This document shows, piece after piece, positions 57,885-64,000 of a DNA stretch of 64,000 nucleotides. The stretch comes from the human T2T-CHM13v2.0 reference genome, Homo sapiens: NCBI RefSeq assembly GCF_009914755.1, contig NC_060926.1; one strand, 5' to 3'. Within the stretch, counting starts at the first letter, position 1, and the number at the start of each line of letters is the position of its first letter. The position numbers and the translations under genes were made by a program. Below the pieces are notes generated by a model. That model saw nothing but the letters and a program-made list of their open reading frames with translations. It had not been told where the DNA came from and did not search any database.

Positions 57885-58640
57885 GAATGTTATATATTCA
57901 TACAGTGGATATTACTAGGACATAGAAAGAAAAAAATACTAATACATACTACAACATGAACGAACATTGAAACCATTATAGTATGTGAAAGAAACTAGAC
58001 ACATAAAACCACATATTGTATGATTCAATTTTGGTGACATGCCCAGAATAGGCAAATCCCTATAGACATAAAATAGATTAGCAGTCTCCAGGGGCTAATA
58101 GAGGGAGGAATGGGGAGTAACCTCTAATGAGTATGAGGCTTATTTTTGGAGTGATGGAAATGTTCTAATATTAGATTGTGGTAATATTGCTCAAATCTGT
58201 GAATGTATACAGTCGTGCCTCATAACTACATTTTGGTCAGTGAAGGACTACATATATGCCTGTGTTCACAAAATAATATAATATTATATTTTTACTGTAC
58301 CTTTTCATGCTTAGATACACAAATATTAATACTTACCATTGTGCTACAATTTCCTACAGTATTCAAAAAAATAACATGCTGTATAGATTTGTAGCCTAAA
58401 AGCAATAGTCTATACCATATAGCCTATGTTGTCATAGGCTATACCATCTCGGTTTGTGTAAGTATATCCTATGATGTTCACACAATTATGAAATCACCTA
58501 ACAATGTATTTTTCACAATACATTTGTATTGTTAAGCGATGCATAACTACTAATAAAACCCACTGAGTTGTACAACTTAAAAAGATAACTTTTATGATAT
58601 GCAAATTAGGTCTCATTAAAACGGGTCATTAAAAAATTTT
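57885..58640 (+). mobile_element. L1MB-like 3' end nested in the host L1
   Basis: cacatattgtatgattc, ccagaataggcaaatcc, ggagtgatggaaatgttcta. Confidence 0.7.
58208..58551. mobile_element. Tigger3a/MER7-like element
   Basis: TA-flanked, running from cagtcgtgcctcataac to gttaagcgatgcataact, with internal tagatttgtagcctaaaagcaatag. Confidence 0.75.
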
Positions 58641-58736
58641 TAAACAAAAAAATTGAGAGAAGGAAAAAGATAATAAACAAATCTATCATTATAGTTAGAA
58701 ATTTTAACACTTCTTTGTCAATAAAAATAGAATATT

Positions 58737-60231
58737 GTATTAGTCTGTTGTCACATGGCTATATAGATACTACTGAGACTGGCTAATTTATAAAGGAAAG
58801 AGGTTTAATTGACTCACAATTCCACATGGCTGGGAAGGCCTCAGAACACAATCATGGCAGAAGGTGAAGGGGAAGCAAGTACCTTCTTCATATGGTAGCA
58901 GGAGAGAGAAGAACAAGGAACAAAGGAGGAAGAGCCCCTTAAAAAACCATCAGATCTCATGAGATAAGGGGCTCTCTCTTTTCTCTCTCTTTCCCTTCCA
59001 CACCACCCAAGCAGAGGTTCTCCATGAGGGTTACACCACTGCAGCAGATTTCTGCGTGGACATCCAGACATTTCCATACATCCTCTGAAATCTAGGTGGT
59101 TTACTAAACTTCATTTCTTGAATTCTGTGCACCCATAGGCCCAGCACCACATGTTAGGCACCGAGGCTTGGAGCCTGCACCATGTGAAGCAACAACCCAA
59201 GCTATACCTGGGTCCTTTTTGCCCCAGCTTCTGGGATGCAGGGGACCAAGTCTCTAGGCTGCACACAGCAACTGGGTCCCTGTGCCAGGCCCAGGAAACC
59301 AATTTTTTCTCCTAGGCCTCCGGGCCTGTAGTGGGAGGGGTTTCCATGAAGGTCTCTGACATGCTCTGGAGACATTTTTCCCATTGTCTTGGCTATTAAC
59401 ATTTGGTTCCTTGTTACTTATGCAAATTTCTGCAGCAGGCTTGATTTTCTCTCCAGAAAATGGGTTTTTCTTTCTATCACATGGTCAGGCTGCAAATTTT
59501 TCAAACTTTTATGATCTGTCACCTCCTGGATGCTTTGCTGCTTAGAAATTTCTTCTGCCAGATATCCTAAATCATCTCTCTCAAGTCAAAGTTCCACAGA
59601 TCTCTAGGGCAGGGGCAGAATGTCACCAGTCTCTTTGCTAAAGCATAGCAAGAGTGACCTTTGCTCCAGTTCCCAATAAGTTCCTCATTTCCATCTGAGA
59701 GATCTCAGCCTGGACTTTGTTGTTTATATCACTCCAAGATTTCCCCCATCTTCCTGCCTTCTTCTGAACCCTCCAAACTGTTCCAACCTCTGCCTGATAC
59801 CCAGTTCCAACATTGCTTTCACATTTTCAAGTATCTTTATAGCAGTGCCCCACTCCTGGTACCAATTTACTGTATTAGTATGTTCTCACACTGCTCTAAA
59901 AATACTACCTGAGACTGAGTAACTTATTAAGGAAAGAGGTGTAAGTTTCCTGAGGTCTTCCCAGTTCCATGTGGCAGAAGGTGAAGAGGCAGCAAGGACC
60001 TTCACAAGGTGGTAGGGGAGAAAATAATGAGGAGCGAAGGGGGAAGAACACCTTATAAAGCCATCAGATCTTGTGACAACTCACTCACTATCATGAGGGC
60101 AGCATAGGAGTAACAACCCCCATGATCCAATCACCTCCTACCAGGTCTCTCTCTAGACATGTGGGGATTATGGGGATTACAATTCCAGGCACAAGATGAG
60201 ATTTGGGTGGGGATACAGCCAAGCCATATCA
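58737..60231 (-). mobile_element. Internally deleted MaLR (MSTA/THE1-like): partial LTR, internal segment, full LTR (59871-60231)
   Basis: Two copies of the tgtattagt...actgagactg LTR end. The second ends gagatttgggtggggatacagccaagccatatca. Confidence 0.88.
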
Positions 60232-60538
60232 AACGTGTAGACCAGATTTCAGTGAGGATATAGAAACTTAACAAAAAATTAAAGCTATTTTACATTTATA
60301 GAACACCCCACCAAAGGATAACAGAAATCACATCTGTTTTTAGTAGTTATGGAAAAATTACCAAGATAAAAAATCAATAAGATAAGATCTATAAATGTAA
60401 AAAAAATCATAAAAAGTATGTTCTCCTACTAAATGGAATTAAATTAGAAAGCAAAAAGAAAGATACATAAAAATCCCCAAATATTGAGAAATTTTAAAAT
60501 GTACTTCTATCTTAAAACTGAGTCAATGTGATGACCAG

Positions 60539-60899
60539 TGGTTTGAATGTTTGTGTCCCTTCCAAAATTCATGTTGGAATTTAATTCTCAATGTGAGGTG
60601 GGGCCTTGAGGATGTGATTAAGCCATAAGGGCTCTGCCATTATGGATTTGATTAGAACCTTATAAAAGTGTGGAGGGCAACTAGGTAGTCCCTTTTGTGC
60701 TTCCTTTCCTTCCACCATGTCAGAATACAGCATTCAAGGCACCATCTTGAAAACAGAGATTAGGCCATCACCAGACGTCGAACCTGCTGTCACCTCGATC
60801 TTGGACTTCCCAGCCTCATAATTGTGAGCAATAAATCTATACTCTTTATAAATTATTGTCTGTGGTATTTTGTTATAGCAGCATAAATGGACTAAGGCA
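60539..60899 (+). mobile_element. Solo MaLR LTR (MST/MLT1A-like) nested in an MLT2 LTR
   Basis: ggtttgaatgtttgtgtccc...ttgttatagcagcataaatggactaaggca. Confidence 0.85.
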
Positions 60900-61285
60900 G
60901 CCTGTTCGTATATTAACTTGGCTAGGCTATAGTTCCAAGTTATTCAATCAAATACTAATCAAGGTATTGCTGTGAAGATATTTGGTACCTGTAATTAAAG
61001 TCTATAGTCAGTTTAAGTAAGGAAAATCATTCTATATAACAAAGATGGACCTTCGGGTGAAAATCTCTAAAAGTAGAATTAGGCTTCTCTGGAAAAAAAA
61101 ATCATTTTGTGGACTACAGCTTCAGCCTGTGCTTAAGAGTTCCAGCCTATCTTCTTGACTGCCTGCGCTACAGAAGTAGGAGTTGCTAAGCCAGCCATCA
61201 CAATCATGTAAACCAATTCCTTTTTCTTGCAATAGATTTATACATATATTGATATATAAATCTCTCTCTCTCTCTGTATTTCTGG
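60900..61285 (+). mobile_element. MLT2D-like ERVL LTR
   Basis: aacttggctaggctatagttccaagttattcaatcaaatactaatc...gctgtgaag. Its tgtgatg start is displaced to about 60527. Confidence 0.75.
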
Positions 61286-63659
61286 TAGAAATAACAAGTA
61301 AAATTAGAAGATAATTTAAACTTTTTGAAAAAGAAAAATGTGACATATGAGAGTTGGTGAGATGAAAATAAAACAGAACTAAACAGGACATTTATAGCAT
61401 TAAATGCTTTAAAAAATGCAAATCTGCCAAATCAATAATCTAAGCTTCCCATTTAGGGAACTTAAAAAAAAAGAACAGCAAAACGAAATTCCCAAAAAAT
61501 GTGCACAAAGAGGACAATATCAAATAATAAAGAAATATTAAACAAAAACTACAGAGAAAGTCAGTGAAAACAGTAACTGGCTCATTGAAAGAATCAATAC
61601 AATTAATAAACCTCTAGCCAGATAGATTAGGGAGAAAAAGAGGAGAAACACAAATTAACTATATCAGCAGTAAAACAGGCATCAATGGTTCAGATCCTAC
61701 AGTCATTTGAAAAATAATTTTAAAATTTATGAAAAACTTATGCCAACAAATTTGCCAAATTAGATAAAGTACATGTCCTTGAAATACATAAATTAAGACA
61801 ATTTCCTCAAGAAGTAGGTAGCCTGAATAGCCCTATAATTATTGAAGAAACATAACTTGTCATTAAAACATTCCTAAAAATATATTCTAGTTGCAGATGT
61901 CTTTATTCCAGAAATTTAAAGAATAATACTAATTCTAAGCAAACTAATTATGATGGAAAATACACAATCACAAGAATAGTAATCAGACACTAAAACCAGA
62001 TGAATAAATTATAAGAAAATAAATCTTATAGTAATATTTTTATAAACATAGATGCATCCCTCTTCTCCCTAAAATTTAGAAAACTGAATGGAGTTTGAAG
62101 AATGTAAAGATGGTTTAACATTTAAAAATCAATGTAATTCACCATATTGACAGAAAAAGATGTATATGTATACATACACACCACACATATATATATTCAC
62201 AAACACGTATAAATATATATACACACACATATGATCTTCTTAATACATGCCAAAATAAAAGTAATATTGAATACAAATTTATCATTTTAAAAATGCTCTG
62301 TTAAGCTAGAAGTGCCAGGGAATTTTCCTCAATGTGACAAAGGGCACCTATGAAAAGTTGCTTTCAAAATCATACTTAACTATAAAAAAACTAAATTTTT
62401 CCTCTCTAAGATCAGGAACAAAGCAAAAATATCCACAGACAACTTTTATTCAGTATTCCATTGGAGGTTGTTACCACTGTAATAAGGTAGGAAAAATAAA
62501 ACATACACATTGAATATTAAGAAGTAAAACTGTCCTTATTAATGGATTAAATGATTGTTATTACAGGAATTTCTAATGAATTCACACAAAACAACATTAT
62601 AACTAATAATTAGCTTTTTCAACCTTATACAGGGAGAATTTTAAAAATCAGTTGTATTTTTATATGCTAGCAATTAATATTTAGAAATACAAATTTAAAT
62701 ACAACACGATTTAAAATAGTGTAAAATTGTAGAAATCCACAGGGATGCATTTAAGAAATAATAAATAAAGCTTATATACCAAATGTTATTAAACATTGCT
62801 GAGAGAAATTAGAGACATAAACAAATAGAAAGATATATAATGTTCACAGATCTAAAGACTTAATATTGTTAAAATTTCAATTATCCCTATAACTGGTCTA
62901 TGGATTCAATATAATTATAATGAAAATCCAAAGAGTTTTATTAAAGAAATTAACCGGCCAGTTACAAAATTTATATAAAATTTATAAAAAATTTATATAA
63001 AATTAAATGGTCCAAAAAATTAATGTGTACTTAACAGTGAATGTTAAAAGAGAAGTGAGAGGACTTACATTATCTGATTTCAATACTCAGCATAGAGCTA
63101 CATTAATCAAGACCATGTGGCATTGTGCAAAAACAGAAATATAGATAATGGAAGCAAAGGAAGAGTTCAAAAGTAGACCCAGACATATATGAGTAATAAA
63201 TAATGATTTTCAATAAATGAGCCTAGGTAATTCAATGGAGAAGTAATGCTCTTTAATAATAATTGGTGCTAGAGCAATTGGAAGCCATATGAAATAAAAT
63301 GAGACACCTCAACCCTTATGTTACCGCCATATACAAATTTATCTCAAAATACATGATAACCCTAAATATAAGAACTAAAAGTATAAAATTTCTAGAAGAA
63401 AGCATAATCGAATCAAAAGACTACACAAAAATATCCCATATTATAAAAGAAAGAATGATAATTTGGAATTCAATATAATTAAATTTTTTATTCTGTTAAG
63501 AAAATACAACAGCAAGGCAAAGATTGTGGGAAACTATTTGCAAAGCATCTGTCCAATAAAGAACCTATATTCAGAAAACTAAGCCTGCTTGAAAGTCAAT
63601 AATAAGACAACAAAAATTAATTTCATGAGTGATATATTGGAATAGACATTACATTAAAG

Positions 63660-63876
63660 AAGATTTGCTAAGAGGATAGATCTTAAGAGTTCTCAGGAAA
63701 GAAGGATGGAAGGAAAGAGGGAAGATAGAAAGAAATAACTATGTGAGGTGATGGATATATCAATTGGCTTGCTTGTGCTAATCATATGACAATGTACACA
63801 TATGTCAAAACATCAAGCTGTAGACTTTATACAATTCCTATTCATCAATTATATCTTAATAAAGCCCAAAAATAAT
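63660..63876 (+). mobile_element. Short L1MA-type 3' end nested in the host L1
   Basis: tttgctaagaggatagatctt...aactatgtgaggtgatgg...aataaag, flanked by attaa(a)gaagat on both sides. Confidence 0.7.
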
Positions 63877-64000
63877 TAAGAAGATATAAGAATGGTAATA
63901 AGTACTTGAAAATATGGTCAACATTTTTTTCTCACTAGGAAAACACTAATCAAAACCACAAAGCAGAATCACTTTACCACCAATAGAATGACTAATACAA

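Larger units (their letters stand above)
55460..64000 (+). mobile_element. Long ancient L1M (5' UTR, ORF1 and ORF2 remnants) fragmented by nested insertions
   Basis: ORF1-like sequence at about 56.1-57.1 kb (aaggtgaaataaagaatttttcagacaaac). Collinear ORF2 motifs run from about 57.5 kb to the window end. Confidence 0.78.

Overview
This is human-type (primate) genomic DNA, not microbial. It holds the 5' end of KCNH7 (ERG3/Kv11.3 potassium channel) on the minus strand. The GC/CpG-rich promoter lies at about 49.1-50.6 kb. Coding exon 1 is 49307-49382, intron 1 is 1675 bp, and exon 2 is 47401-47631 (eag/PAS domain). The first ~47 kb of the long, AT-rich intron 2 runs off the left edge. The rest is interspersed repeat (L1, Alu, MIR, L2, MaLR/ERVL LTRs, hAT and Tigger elements) and microsatellites. 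Almost all other ORFs in the track are chance or repeat-derived. I see no new multi-gene system. The observations most worth checking are: a ~130-bp inverted repeat I cannot assign to a transposon (11074-12200); a tandem pair of RE1/NRSE (REST) sites (51640-51686); an in-frame uORF separated from the KCNH7 start by one TAG plus a GC hairpin; a perfect 26-bp paired duplication 1.24 kb apart; and a twin-primed L1 that folds back on its host L1. Repeat subfamily names and most repeat boundaries are by eye and approximate.
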